A stretch of 64,000 nt of DNA, taken from Podarcis vaucheri (Eukaryota). The position numbers and the translations under genes are program-made. The stretch lies in the NCBI GenBank assembly GCA_965113315.1, contig OZ220367.1. One strand, 5' to 3'. Position 1 is the stretch's first letter. Every line of letters begins with the position of its first letter. This document shows positions 1-11,767 of this stretch, in pieces. Under the pieces are notes generated by a model, which was not told the DNA's origin, made no database searches, and saw only the letters and a program-made list of their open reading frames with translations.

Positions 1-35
1 TTGATTCCCGCCCCCAGCCGCTGCCCTCATGCTAT

Positions 36-241
36 CTTCCCAAAGCTGGTTAAGTGAGGTTCTGGACTTTGGGAAGGAAACGCAATGCTCTGGCAGGGTC
101 CTAGAGTCCTCCTTCCTCCTTCCCAAAGCCTAGGTAGTGCTTTCCCAGCTTTAGGAAGAAGGTGGGAGGACTCTAGGACCCTGCCAGAGCCTCACAGTTC
201 CTTCCCAAAAACCTGTGCCTCACTTAGCCAGTTTTGGGAAG
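36..241. repeat. Long imperfect inverted repeat (probable MITE-type palindrome) in a PFKL intron
   Basis: 87-112 gctctggcagggtcctagagtcctcc is the exact reverse complement of 165-190; 36-59 pairs with about 218-241; shared centre about 138. Confidence 0.75.
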
Positions 242-607
242 GCAGTGCAAGGACTGAGAGGGGGTGTCAAATTTTGGCCTTGCTTCCTTCCCCCTGTGCA
301 ACAAGGCAGTTTGCAGCCCTTGGGTTCTGTGCCAAAGTACTCTTGGTATGAAAAGTTGGACCACCTTGTTTGAGATGATTATGCAAGGAAGTGAGGTACA
401 TCTCAGCCAAGACTACTCAGTATCTTGTCTGAAGTTCTCAAAATACTTACCTGAAGTATTGCAGGACAAGGAAGTTGCACAATGTCCTCTTACATAGCTT
501 GCTTTGTAGCAGAGGTACCTCCTAAGGGCTCGCTGCGCTCCCAGCACCCTCTGAGTGCTGACAATGACTTCTTCCAGCTGTTTATTATCCGTTTCTGTTC
601 CGGGCAG

Positions 608-754
608 AGCAATTTCAATATTGCCATTCTGAATGTGGGAGCCCCTGCAGCCGGCATGAATGCAGCAGTCCGGTCAGCTGTGCGTGTTGGGATCTGCCAA
701 GGCCACACAATGTATGTGGTGAATGATGGCTTTGAAGGCTTGAGCAAAGGACAG
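608..754 (+). CDS. PFKL: PFKL exon (human exon 13 equivalent)
   Basis: cag|[49 protein letters not shown]|gtgagt. Confidence 0.95.
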
Positions 755-3700
755 GTGAGTCTCTCTAATTGGAAGGGAGGAGGTCCTCCCTCCTGTCGGA
801 CTACTAGTCCTTCTCATTTCTTTGTAAAGTAGAGCATCTACAGGGCAACATTCATTTGGAACTCCAACTGTCATTTGTGCTGCAAAACTGGCACCATGAT
901 TTATGAATTTCTGATTGGAGGGGGGAGAAGTGAGGCGGAGTTGGTTGTAACAGGAAGCAAAATATCAATTTGACCTTTCTTCTTTTAAACCACACTGCTT
1001 TCACTTTCAAATCCAAGGTTTGGAAGACAACCTGGTGCAGTTGGGAATGGCTGGGCGAATCATGAGAGGTCTAATGAAATGTTTCTTCTCGTAGATCCGA
1101 GAGGTGGGCTGGCACGATGTTGCAGGCTGGCTAGGGCGCGGAGGATCCATGCTGGGGACCAAAAGGTAAGTTGACATGACAGCCCACAGAGTGGTTCTCT
1201 GCAGATGGGGAGAAATTGCAGGACTGAGTTCAAAGAGGGGGCGATACAGGTAAAACCTTCCAAAAGGTTGGTACCTGTTACGAAGTGTGTAGTGAGCATG
1301 CAAGCCTGCAATTCTCACATGCAATCTGGCTCTCATTTCAAGGGATCTTTTGTTCTAAAATGGAATTAGTTTATTATCTCAGGGGGTGCATAGCATAGCA
1401 TAGCAGTTTTACACAATTGTCCTTCACCTAAAACAGAGCAAACCTTTCTCAACCTTTCATGAAGGTGATCAGGGATGTATCACTACTTAATTTATTACAG
1501 AACTATTGTAATTTAAGAATTCTCCCCCTGCAGCTTATCTTACCTCTGCCTTCCAGTTGAGGAAATTAATTGTTTGTGTGGTTGTTTTTCCTGTATGATT
1601 TATTCTTAAAAATTGCTGGCCACTGTCAACATATCAACATATTTCTCTGAAAGGTCTCTTGATAACATACCAAGCTTATGACAGTCAGTTTTTCTATGTA
1701 CTCATCCTTTGCTATTCTATATTCTTTTCTTACCATAGTCATCTCATAACCAGCTTTCTCCATAGACACTTTCCCCCTTTAACATTCCAGTGTCATTTGT
1801 CTTCTTCATTTCTTACGACGCAAACCTAAAATTGCCAAGCTTCTATCTTATTTTTTCAGCTGTCGGAAATGGAAAGTGCATGCCTGAACTTCTTGAACAG
1901 TCATCATGCTCCTGTATTATCTCTACAGGATCCTTCATTATTGTTAGTTCATGGCCCTTTGTTTATTTTATTTCTCTTTCATAGAATGCTTTATCTGCTT
2001 CTCCTGAATGTTTTGGTGCTCTATGATAAGCAAACATAATGTTTTCTGTTTCCTACTTCCTTGCCAATTCTTCATTGTCTCATTTGGAGGGCTTCCAAAA
2101 TAGTTATTCAATGTGGAATTGCCATGCATCATTCTCTCATTTCTTTATAGGCCACCCACATGCTTCAAGTCTTAAGGTGGGAGGCTCACAATGGCTTTTG
2201 CAAGGTTCCTCCCCCGCTTCCCTTTTAATCCCCCAGTCTCACTCTAACTGTAAAGGTTAGGGAGGCCTGCAAAGGCTTTTGGAAGCCTCTTTCTGCTCCC
2301 CGCCTTTAATATTGGGGTGAAAGGGATTTTTGACAATAGGGCAGTCCTGCCCACCTGTCAGTCATGTGATGTCATAATGATGCCACCTGTCAAATTTGAC
2401 CCACAAGGCAGATCCTAATAAGGATCTCATTGGTGAAGCCAAAAAAGATTCCCACCCCTGCTTTAGGTTGATAATCAAGTTGTGCAATGTTAGAAAAGGT
2501 GAGTCTTAAATGTTGCAAACTCTTGGGTTTGCATAATAGTGTCATGAGACTTGAGTCCCATCAGACAGGAAGCTTTATCTCATCCAAATTGCTCTCCTTT
2601 CTGGTAAACAGGGCAGGGGGACCTACTGAGCTTGCCATTTATTCCTGTGGGCTCTGAAATTTTGTGAGGGTTTGAAATGTGATGGCAATGGTGATGATTG
2701 CGTCTGAAACCTGATGGGGTCTGCGTGCATGCAAATACTCATCTATAAATTACATATGGGGCAGAGGATCTTAAAATGTGTACTGCAAGTATGAATTTGG
2801 ATAATATACACCAGTTGCACATTCTTGCCATAAAGTGCTTGTGGCCTCTATAATAACTGGTTTATTTAAACTGGTAATGAATGCAAAACCAGATCTGCTA
2901 CAGACACAAGTTTCATTGGACTGTTTCGCCAGTCAAGAATCCCTGTGGAATTCAGTCCTCCAGAGATTTGTCTCCTTACAGTCCTCAGTCTCAGCTGTGC
3001 TGTGTCAGCTTAACAGATAATTTCACTGTATATCCTGTTGCTGTATCCCAGAGGTCGGCAAACTACAGCCCACGGGCCAGATCCGGCCCAATTGCCCTCA
3101 GCATCCGGTCCACAGACAGTCCGTGAATCGTGTGGATTCCTTCTGTAAAAAACGTTTGTTAATTTTTTTCCTGCGCCACCATTTTTTTTGCGGGGCACCA
3201 TTTCCACACACACACATAGCGGCATCTCCTCCCTCCCTCCTGGTTTTCCTCGTCCTTTTGCCCGCCCTACATAGAGGAGGAAGGGGGCTGGGCTGAGCTG
3301 GCTGAGTGCCATTTTGGGCAGTGCCTCTCCGGAGCCAGCCAGCACCTTTTGGGCTGCTCTTGCCACTGCCACCAGCCTCTGCCTCTCGTAAGGGCAGGCA
3401 CAGGAGCCGTGGTTGGCAGAGGGCAGCGCCTCTCCCAACCGTGGCTCCTGTGCCTGCCCTTGCAAGTGGCAGAGGCTGGCAGCGGTGGAGGGATGAGCGG
3501 CCCGAAGCAGCCCTTTCAGGCCGCTTGTCCCTCCGCCGACAGCCTCTGCCGCTTGCAAGGGCAGGCACAGGAGCCACAGTTGGGAGAGCACAGCACTTCT
3601 CCGGAGCCAGCCAGCCCTTGCGCCAGCAGCACCATAGGTAGGCGGGGGGGGAGGGGCTGGGGGAGAGAGAGAAGACCCCAATGCTGGGTGGGTGCCTGCC

Positions 3701-6700
3701 ACAAGGTCCGGGGGATGGTGAACCTGCCCCCTCCAAAAAAAGTTTGCTGATCCCTGCTGTATCCCATTGCAGAGACTGTATAGCTGGAACAGTCACAGGT
3801 TGCAAGCGTGAACTCATTTCCAAATCATTTACAAGGCCATTGCAAATGTAACAGTTTTGCATGTTACATCTTTACCCTTTTCTGTACTGACCCTGCTTCA
3901 CTTGTGTAGTACAGTATTTCTTAAGGGAGTGCGATGAGTAGCAACTGAAGTAATCACCTGCTATGTGAGCTGCCAGGATTATGTTCCCTCACATAGACAG
4001 CCTCGTTTCTGCTTAGTACTGCAGGTGAAGAGTGACCACAGACTTCTATGAGCTATCTAGCTAAGTACCTATTCTACCGGGCTTATCTGAACATAAGAGT
4101 CTTTTCCAGAGTATCTGGACTGTACTCTTCAATTGTTAGCATGGCCAAAGTGGGAGGAAGTTGGTTTAATAAGCGTGTTTCCTCTTGCTGGTCAGTAGGC
4201 CATTCATTCTGCAGGAAGCAATACAAAAGGTGCATTGTTCCTAAATGACTTGCACTTGCCAGTCTGTGGGAGTGAGCCTGTCTGTCTCTGCTCCCTTGGC
4301 AAAGAACATATCCTATCAAAGGCTGGCCGTTGGCGCATGCTCTAGCTTGCCTTTATGCTGTTATTTGGAAAGTAAGGCAGCAAATTAAACGTGGAAGATT
4401 TCAAAGGATCTATTTGCCTGCTTCATGGAATTGGTGTCTCCTCTCTTTTCCTTCACTGTGCTAAGACAATCCTATTCTTAAGCAGGTGCGGTAAAGCAGG
4501 AAGAGGCAGGCATCGTGATGCAGCTTTTCTAACAGCTTGTTTTGTTCTTGTTTTGCCAGAACACTTCCCAAGACATGCATGGAAAAGATTGTCGAAAATG
4601 TCCGGAAATTTAACATCCATGCACTGCTGGTTGTTGGAGGATTTGAGGTGTGGAGAAGTTCATTGGACACTTTCAGATTTGAATGAGAAATGCCTCTCTC
4701 CTTTTCCTAAAAAGCTGGGCCAGGCATGATTGCACTGATGTTGGTACTTCAGTCTGTAGACAGACTGCAAGGCTGGAATTACCCACATTGAGCTGCAGCT
4801 CAGTCATAGAACACATGCCCCTTTAAACCCATCCACTTCCACCTTCCCCATCCCAATTCCTCCTCCTTTCCAGCTTTCTTCCACTCATCACCTAAATAAC
4901 CCTCCCATATTCCCCCTCATATCCCCAAATGCCACCTTAACCACTCCCCTGCCAGTTCCACTTGCTGCTTCCCCAATTCCTCCTTTCTCTTCCCCCCAGC
5001 CACCAAAGAACTAAAACTGCCATACACATAAACCCTTCTTCCCCACACCAAGGCCTTCCTGTAATCCCCACTATCATGTACTACAAACATGAGTTTTCCT
5101 TTCTCCTTGTCCCCCCCCCCATCCTCCTTCCCCCACTCCTGCCTTTGGACCCTTGGGAAGCAGCCAATAAAAACCATGTGATGACTGACTAGGTTAAATA
5201 TAGTATATAGTGAGATCTATAGAGTTAGTCTCTTTTTGGTCTCTTTTCATAGTACCTTTTGTTTCAACAATTGAAATCCTCTTTAGTAAACATATGCTTT
5301 AAATGACTATGTATCAAAAATACCTCTGGACTGATAGATACCCAGTTTCCAAGGGTTCGTTTCAAGGTCATGACTCCTACCCAGCTCAAGAGAGTCAATC
5401 AAAATTTAGATTTAAGATGCTCAGAGGTGTAAAATTTCTTTTTATCTTGTACTTCTTGCAGCCCAGTGCTTAGGCTTCGGTATGTGGCTTACATTTCTGC
5501 CACTCTTGTCTTTTGCAGGCGTATGAGGGAGTACTACAATTGGTGGAATCTCGTGGGCAGTATGATGAGCTTTGCATCATTATGTGTGTGATTCCAGCCA
5601 CCATCAGCAACAACGTCCCAGGCACTGACTTCAGCCTGGGTTCCGATACAGCTGTCAATGCTGCCATGGAGGTAAGATGGGTCTATCCAGCAGCCGCAGA
5701 ATACCGGGAACTAGGCATGCGGGGAGATGAATTATGTAACCTTTCTTTCATCAGTGTATTTCTATTGCATATATCAGAAATGTTGGCAAGAAAGATAGAG
5801 GAGGCAGGAGGTGGAGCAGGGGAGTAATACAGACCACGTAAAACTACACCTGCCCCAGAATGGTAGACAGAAACTCAGCTTAACACCTGGGCACCTAAGC
5901 ATCCTTTTCCTTCCTCCCTGATCTGTAGAGCTGTGACCGCATCAAGCAGTCCGCCTCGGGCACAAAAAGACGGGTGTTCATTGTGGAGACGATGGGAGGT
6001 TACTGCGGCTACTTGTCTACAGTGACTGGCATTGCAACAGGAGCTGATGCTGCCTACGTCTATGAAGATCCTTTCACCATTCATGACTTAAAGGTGTGTT
6101 GGTGGCAGAATTGCATTTGTCAAATGTGCAAAGGGCAGAGGACTGCATGATAATTGGGGGTGGATGAGGAGGGAATATGGAAAAGAAGATGAATCCTGGT
6201 TGGGGGAAAAATTCCAAACTTCAAATCAATGCTTATCAGGAACCTATAAGTTGTTATTGATTTCTGTACTTCATGTTGTAGCCCTCCCCTTTCATAAGAA
6301 CTTGCATGAAAGTGGCCTCCCAATTTTTCTCACAGGCTCATATAAGTTCAGCACAAACAGTTGGGCCTGGTGAGCATTTAACGTCCCCAACCCTAATCTG
6401 CTGGTTGCCATCTGTTTGGATTTTATTCTGATCCTGATCTGTATTTTAATTGATTGGCTGATTTTATGTTAATGTGTTATACATTTGATGTTAGCCGCTC
6501 TGAGCCCGGTTTTGGCCAGGGAGGGTGGTGTATAAATAAAAATTATTATTATTATTATTATTAAACAATATTTGAAAAAGCAAGACCTAAATTACATATG
6601 TAGTTCTATAAAATGCAGACATCCTCTCTTACATAAGTCATGTTCCATCTGTGAGAAGACTGAAGTGTTCCCAATGAATCCTGTAACTTACCTGGATATT

Positions 6701-9700
6701 GGAAGTGCAGGAAGGGCTGAAAGAGAGAGGAGATATTAGGACCACGTGTGGTGGCAATGCTCATCGTGACAACTCGTCTGTCTCCTTTTACAGGGTAAAT
6801 TAAAAATGAGGCAGAATGAATTATCCCTCTGCCACCCTGTTCCACTACAGCAAATTTTGGCTCCAAAGCCCAAGGCAGTTAGGATGGAATTCAAAGTAGT
6901 TCTGTTACATCAGACAAGCATTTTGCTTGCTTGAGGCAACAATCTCTCCTCTCCTTAGACATGCCTTATACAAGCATTTATGCTAGCAAACTCCTGATCA
7001 TAGAGCAAAAGCAATATATCATCTGATGGTGACCACTTCTCCATTTCTGATTTTTTTCCATTCTTGTTCTGGGGGAGCCTTTTGCCTTTGCCATCTTTAC
7101 TGGCAATGAATACACCCAAGCTATAAAATGGTTTACTTGAAGACAGCTTTCTGCAACATAGTGTCTTCCAGATGTTTCTGACTACAACTCCCATCATCCC
7201 TGGTCATTGGCCAGGCTGACTAGGGCTGATGGGAGTTGGTGTCCACCAATAACTGCAGGGCACCAGATTGGGGAAGGCTGACTTACATTGATCTCAATGG
7301 AACAAATGCAGCAACTGTTGTTCGTATAAATGTGTTGCTATCAAGAACAACAGTGACCAAGATTATTTAAGCTGCTAAAACATTCTGTTTCCCTCCTGGT
7401 TAACCTTTTCTTTTCACTTGTTTGTTGCACTTAATGACATTTGATTCTAACACAGTCAGGCTTGAGCAAAGCATTTATAGTCTTGTCTTATCTAATCTCA
7501 TTCTCTCTGTAGCTCAGAATTGACATTTCCTTCTTCCTTTTTCTGAAGAGCTGTTTTCTCTTGAATCAGCAAAATTTGTTCCAATGAAAACGATTGGTCT
7601 TTGTGTCTTTCCAGGCAAATGTTGAACATTTAACTGACAAAATGAAAACAGACATTCAGAGAGGCCTAGTACTGCGGTGAGTTGCGGAAAAGGCTCTGAA
7701 ACGGCCGTGCTTCAGTTCTTGAAGAAGATGGAAATCTTCAGTGTCATCTGGGATTGAAATAACTTTTATCTCTGTAGCTTTTTTGAATACACAGTTTTAT
7801 ATTGAGTGTGCCAATGCTATGGCAGCAGCTCTTTTAAAAAGGCTGAGACGGTAGCTGAAAAAGCCATAAAGAGATTTGGGGCTTAAAATGGGTTCATCAG
7901 ACTGTCTTTTTCAGACTATCTCCCTCAAGAAAGGAGGGAGCAAGTGATGTGTTCAGCAGAGGGAGTGTACTATACTGAACAATATATGTGATAGGAACAT
8001 CTGTGGCCCTCCAAATGATTCTGGACTCCCATCTCCCAGCAGTCCCAGCCAACATGGTCAATGTTCAGGGATGATGGGAGCTTGGTTCACTGCCTCTGAA
8101 CTATGGGAAGTATCAGCTAATAGTGCAGGATGCCATCATCTGCTCCTGGATCACAGGGTTGGCACTGTTCTCTGTGACTCTGCTGACCCAATCCCTGGAG
8201 TATTGCCAAGACTTGCATCTCTGTAGCATGCGTGAATAGTGACTCTGCACAAATGAAGGAATTGCAGCCTAGAAACCTCTGAAACACTGAAAAGAGATGG
8301 ATGGTTTTAGAAATGTGATGAGATTAGGCTTGGCTCCCTGCCGGGATGGAGATCTGATGGATTCTACCGCAGTCCTGCGGAAAAAGGACAGAGGAGATTC
8401 CTCAAGTGCAAAGCTAGTACAGGGGAGAGAATGGTTTTGCCAGTGCTCAGTAGCTGGCTACACTGTCACTGATTTAGTTCTGCTTCCTTTGTCTAAATTT
8501 TGTTGGCATTTGCCTGAAACCCAGTTCTCTGTGTAGCCCTGGCAGAGCAAAACGTTAAGAATATTCAATCCCGCACACTTCTTGGATCATAAAGGACTCT
8601 TCTCCAAAGCTCTTATCCCTGGCGTTGTTAACTTGTGCAAACAAACTCACTTCATTTTGATTTTTCTTTCCAAAAACTGTCTTTCCCTTGTTTTGGAATT
8701 AAGATAAAGTCTGTGTGCAGAAATCAGAACCTCAGAAAATATTTTTAAAAGCTAAAACATATATCCTGAAAAACCCAATAAAAATGCAGCTTACAATCAG
8801 GAACCAGTCACTGAAACAAGATCAAGAATGAGTTAAGAATGATTGGCCCTGGTGTGTTTCATTGGATTTCTACCAAGAAAGCCCCACCCTTTATTCTTGT
8901 TGTGGATTAGGGGATGAAACCTGAAGCAGGGCCCTCCTTATGAAATCAGGGGGCAGAAGGTCTTGTATGGAAAAAGCCAGTGTATAAAAAACACAAGACT
9001 CCGCCACCGAGGGCTTCAGCATTTTAAATCAGTTGGGCCCGGGATGCTTTCTATGCTGTATTTTCTGTGAGAGATGCAGTCATACTCACTTAGTGCATCA
9101 AAGAGGAGGAGGGGCTGTAGCGCAGCAGGTAAAGCACATACATTTCATGCAAAAGTCCCCAGGTTCGATTCCCACCAGGGCTGGGAAAATGCTCCTTCCT
9201 GAAACCCTGAAGCTCCACCGCTTGTCAAGTGCCAATAGCACTGAGCTAGATGAACTAAGAGTTTTGACTTGGTATTATTAGGCAGCTGCCTGTGTTTTAA
9301 AGTGTCTTCTTCCTTTTGCTGTCTTCTTAGCAATGAGAAGTGCCACGAGCACTATACCACTGAGTTCCTCTACAATTTATACTCCTCCGAAGGAAAAGGA
9401 ATATTTGACTGCAGGATCAACGTCCTAGGCCACCTCCAACAGGCAAGTATTGCTACATATTGGGTAGCCACAAGGCAGTGTCAGGCTAAGTCACTTCTAA
9501 TGGATTAGAAGATTACTGGTGGAGAAAAGGCAGGCAGGCAGATATTAACTGGGAAAAACAGCAGAGCTTTTGTTTGAGAGTTTGTAACCGGAATACTTTT
9601 TGTCTTGCATGAAAACACTCATCAGCTACTTCTTCCATTCAGGGCAGTGGGGTACATGCCAAGGTCCTGTTTTCCAGCTTTCAGCTGACCAGGGTTTTTT

Positions 9701-11767
9701 GTTTAGTTTTCATTGAACTGTCTTCATTTTGCAGAAGAGGCATGCAAAATGGCTGCTGAGTGGGATGGCCCCAGCAGAAGAACAGCTGGGCCTCCCTTGC
9801 AGCAGGAGTGGCATGACCACCCTTTGGGCACTGCCTTCATTTCCCTGTCTCTGTCTCTAGGGAGGTGCCCCAACCCCCTTTGATCGCAACTACGGCACCA
9901 AGCTGGGTGTGAAAGCTGTACTGTGGATGTCGGAGAAGTTGAAGGAAGTTTACCGCAAGGGTATGTTCAGAGAGGATCACCTTGGGAACGGAAATATTCA
10001 CCCCGGTGTTTCATAATAGGGAAGATCCTCAGGAGAACTTTGGCAGAATGAGGTGAACTTCTTATGCACCACGCCTCCATCTGCCTGTCAACCACTTTTA
10101 TGGTTGCTAATCAACCAAGGAGAGGGATTAAGGGAGTCGGGTGAAGCACCACTGCTCCTTCAGTAAGGGACAAATGCCAGGAGGCTGCTGTGCACATGTG
10201 CCTTCCCCCTTACCATGAGAGATGGTTCATTCCCTGCCAGGGCCTAGCCAGGACTGTGCAGGGTGGCGCCCCAGGGAACCATTGTAATTTGAGGCACCTT
10301 GCCTGTACCTAGGAGGAGGATGTCATCCTAAAGTGAGGCCTCCTTGGTTTGCGGTGCTTGTGCTTTGAAGCCACTGAGTGCTCTGTGGGGACTGCTCACG
10401 AGACCAGTATTTCAGTGTGTGCCCATAGTCATTGAAAACAGTATGCAACTAATTTTCTTGAGTCCTGTTGACTTGCTGGGGTTCCAGGAGCCTCTATAGC
10501 TACTGGCTCTCTGCCGGAGACAACCAGGGTAGCCACATCCAGGCCTTCTCAAGTAATGGCAAGCCGTTTGGTTGACGTCAGAATTTCTCGGCACCACACG
10601 TAAAAGTCCTCTCTGTTTCCACAGGCCGGGTATTTGCCAATTCTGCCGATTCTGCCTGTGTGATAGGCCTGAAGAGGAAGGCTGTGTCATTTAGCCCTGT
10701 GACTGAGCTCAAGAAAGTCACAGATTTTGAGTAAGTAGGCACCTCTTTTGCCATCTGAGTCACGGAATGTGAGATTCTGGGAGCAGGGAGGACACTTCCT
10801 GCCAGTGCTTTTCATGGAAAGGACTGGTGGGCAGAATGGCTGTGAGGCGTTAACTACAGTTCCCTTAGCTCTGTTTTGTGCTTCCTTTCTAAGGGAAGTG
10901 GGAAGTGCCCAGATATTTTGGGAAATGGTGAGGTACTCTCTGTTTGCTGGCCAGCCTTGTGACTTGTTTGCCGGTGGGGACATTTTCATCCCTCCTGGGA
11001 GTCAAATGCTCAGAATTTAGCATACTGAACATCAAAGTGAGCTGGGCGAGTTCCTTGCCGGCCTCTCCCTTGATGAATTCTTACTTAAGATATGCTCCAC
11101 AGCCACAGATGGGTGGAGGCTGCCTGTAAACAAGGATATGGGCAGGACGGTCTGTTTCCGATCTGTGTCAGTTTCACATGTGTTCAGCCATACCCCCTCC
11201 CATTTCTGCATTAATCTCTTTGAGTTTTAAAAAACTTCAGGAGAAAATGTTTAGTGTTTAAATATGTATATTTGGGTGTCTTTTCCCCACAACATTAGCG
11301 AAAGCTTTTCCCATCAAAGTACACACTTGTATTTATACCTTATTGTAAAATACGCATTTTGCTACACTTTTTGAGCCTTCTGTGTTGTGAAGTTCAGCAC
11401 AGAATCTGATCTGTACATCCCTCTGGGAGGTAGAGATTGGGGTCAATTCCCGTTGCAATTTGCAAAGATTTGAATTCCCCCAATTATGAGAGGGGAATTG
11501 ACTTCACAGGTGCACAGAGCTGCTCTGTTTACTGCTAACGACATCACGCATTCCAGGGCTGAGCCCCAGCTCAGATTGAACCCTGGTGCTGACTTCGCTT
11601 TCCCCCTCCTTTCTTGCAGGCACAGGCTTCCCAAGGAACAGTGGTGGCTGAACCTGCGCCTTATGCTGAAGATGTTGGCCCACTACCAGATCAGCCTGAC
11701 TGAATATGTGTCTGGGAAGATTGAGCATGTCACCCGTCGCACACTCAGCATCGAAAAGGGGTTCTAG
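608..11767 (+). CDS. PFKL: 6-phosphofructokinase, liver type; 3' half (regulatory half), last 10 coding exons; 5' exons lie upstream of the window
   Basis: join(608-754,1095-1165,4560-4647,5519-5671,5929-6093,7615-7676,9331-9442,9861-9960,10625-10730,11620-11767) = 1152 nt, 383 aa + TAG. Phases are consistent. PFK motifs [51 protein letters not shown]. The C-terminus [10 protein letters not shown] is PFKL-like, and adjacency to CFAP410/TRPM2 matches PFKL synteny. Confidence 0.96.
1095..1165 (+). CDS. PFKL: PFKL exon 14 equivalent
   Basis: tag|[23 protein letters not shown](R)|gtaagt. Confidence 0.95.
1580..2110 (-). mobile_element. Highly decayed CR1-type LINE ORF2 endonuclease-region fragment
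   Basis: Minus-strand translation [17 protein letters not shown]...ELTIMKD resembles the CR1 endonuclease motif YYRPP...D.AF...L.IMGDF; many stops and indels. Confidence 0.45.
3049..3756. mobile_element. Non-autonomous hAT (Charlie-type) DNA transposon with 8-bp TSD
   Basis: TIRs CAGAGGTCGGCAAACT ... AGTTTGCTGATCCCTG; perfect TSD CTGTATCC at 3041-3048 and 3757-3764. Confidence 0.88.
4560..4647 (+). CDS. PFKL: PFKL exon 15 equivalent
   Basis: cag|[29 protein letters not shown]|gtgtgg. Confidence 0.94.
5519..5671 (+). CDS. PFKL: PFKL exon 16 equivalent
   Basis: cag|[51 protein letters not shown]|gtaaga. Confidence 0.95.
5929..6093 (+). CDS. PFKL: PFKL exon 17 equivalent
   Basis: tag|[55 protein letters not shown]|gtgtgt. 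Confidence 0.95.
6410..6563 (+). mobile_element. LINE (L2-like) 3' tail with (ATT)n
   Basis: tgttagccgctctgag...gggagggtggtgtataaataaa(att)n; same tail type at 18275-18395 and 63645-63695. Confidence 0.6.
7144..7280. mobile_element. About 135-bp palindromic hAT MITE
   Basis: ccagatgttt..gactacaactcccatcatccc...gggctgatgggagttg...gattggggaaggctg; same family as 15294 and 33849. Confidence 0.7.
7615..7676 (+). CDS. PFKL: PFKL exon 18 equivalent
   Basis: cag|[20 protein letters not shown](R)|gtgagt. Confidence 0.95.
9111..9298 (+). mobile_element. tRNA-headed squamate SINE (Squam2-like, name tentative)
   Basis: ggggctgtagcgcag A-box, ggttcgattccc B-box, body gggctgggaaa..cctgaaaccctg..actgagctagatg..ggcagctgcctgtgtt; related copies at about 12930-13080 (-), 23170-23312 (-), 39020-39188 (+). 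Confidence 0.7.
9331..9442 (+). CDS. PFKL: PFKL exon 19 equivalent (GC donor)
   Basis: tag|[37 protein letters not shown]|gcaagt. Confidence 0.93.
9861..9960 (+). CDS. PFKL: PFKL exon 20 equivalent
   Basis: tag|[33 protein letters not shown](G)|gtatgt. Confidence 0.95.
10625..10730 (+). CDS. PFKL: PFKL exon 21 equivalent
   Basis: cag|[34 protein letters not shown](E)|gtaagt. Confidence 0.95.
11620..11767 (+). CDS. PFKL: PFKL last coding exon
   Basis: cag|[51 protein letters not shown]. Confidence 0.96.

Noticed and set aside
3010-3862. Long overlapping ORFs of 230 and 254 aa (-) and 111-133 aa (+)
   Set aside because: They lie in a GC-rich palindromic hAT element; the same peptides appear on both strands because of the inverted repeats; no recognisable domain
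10395-10610. Possible intronic snoRNA in PFKL intron 20
   Set aside because: No convincing C/D or H/ACA box arrangement by eye; would need Infernal/Rfam
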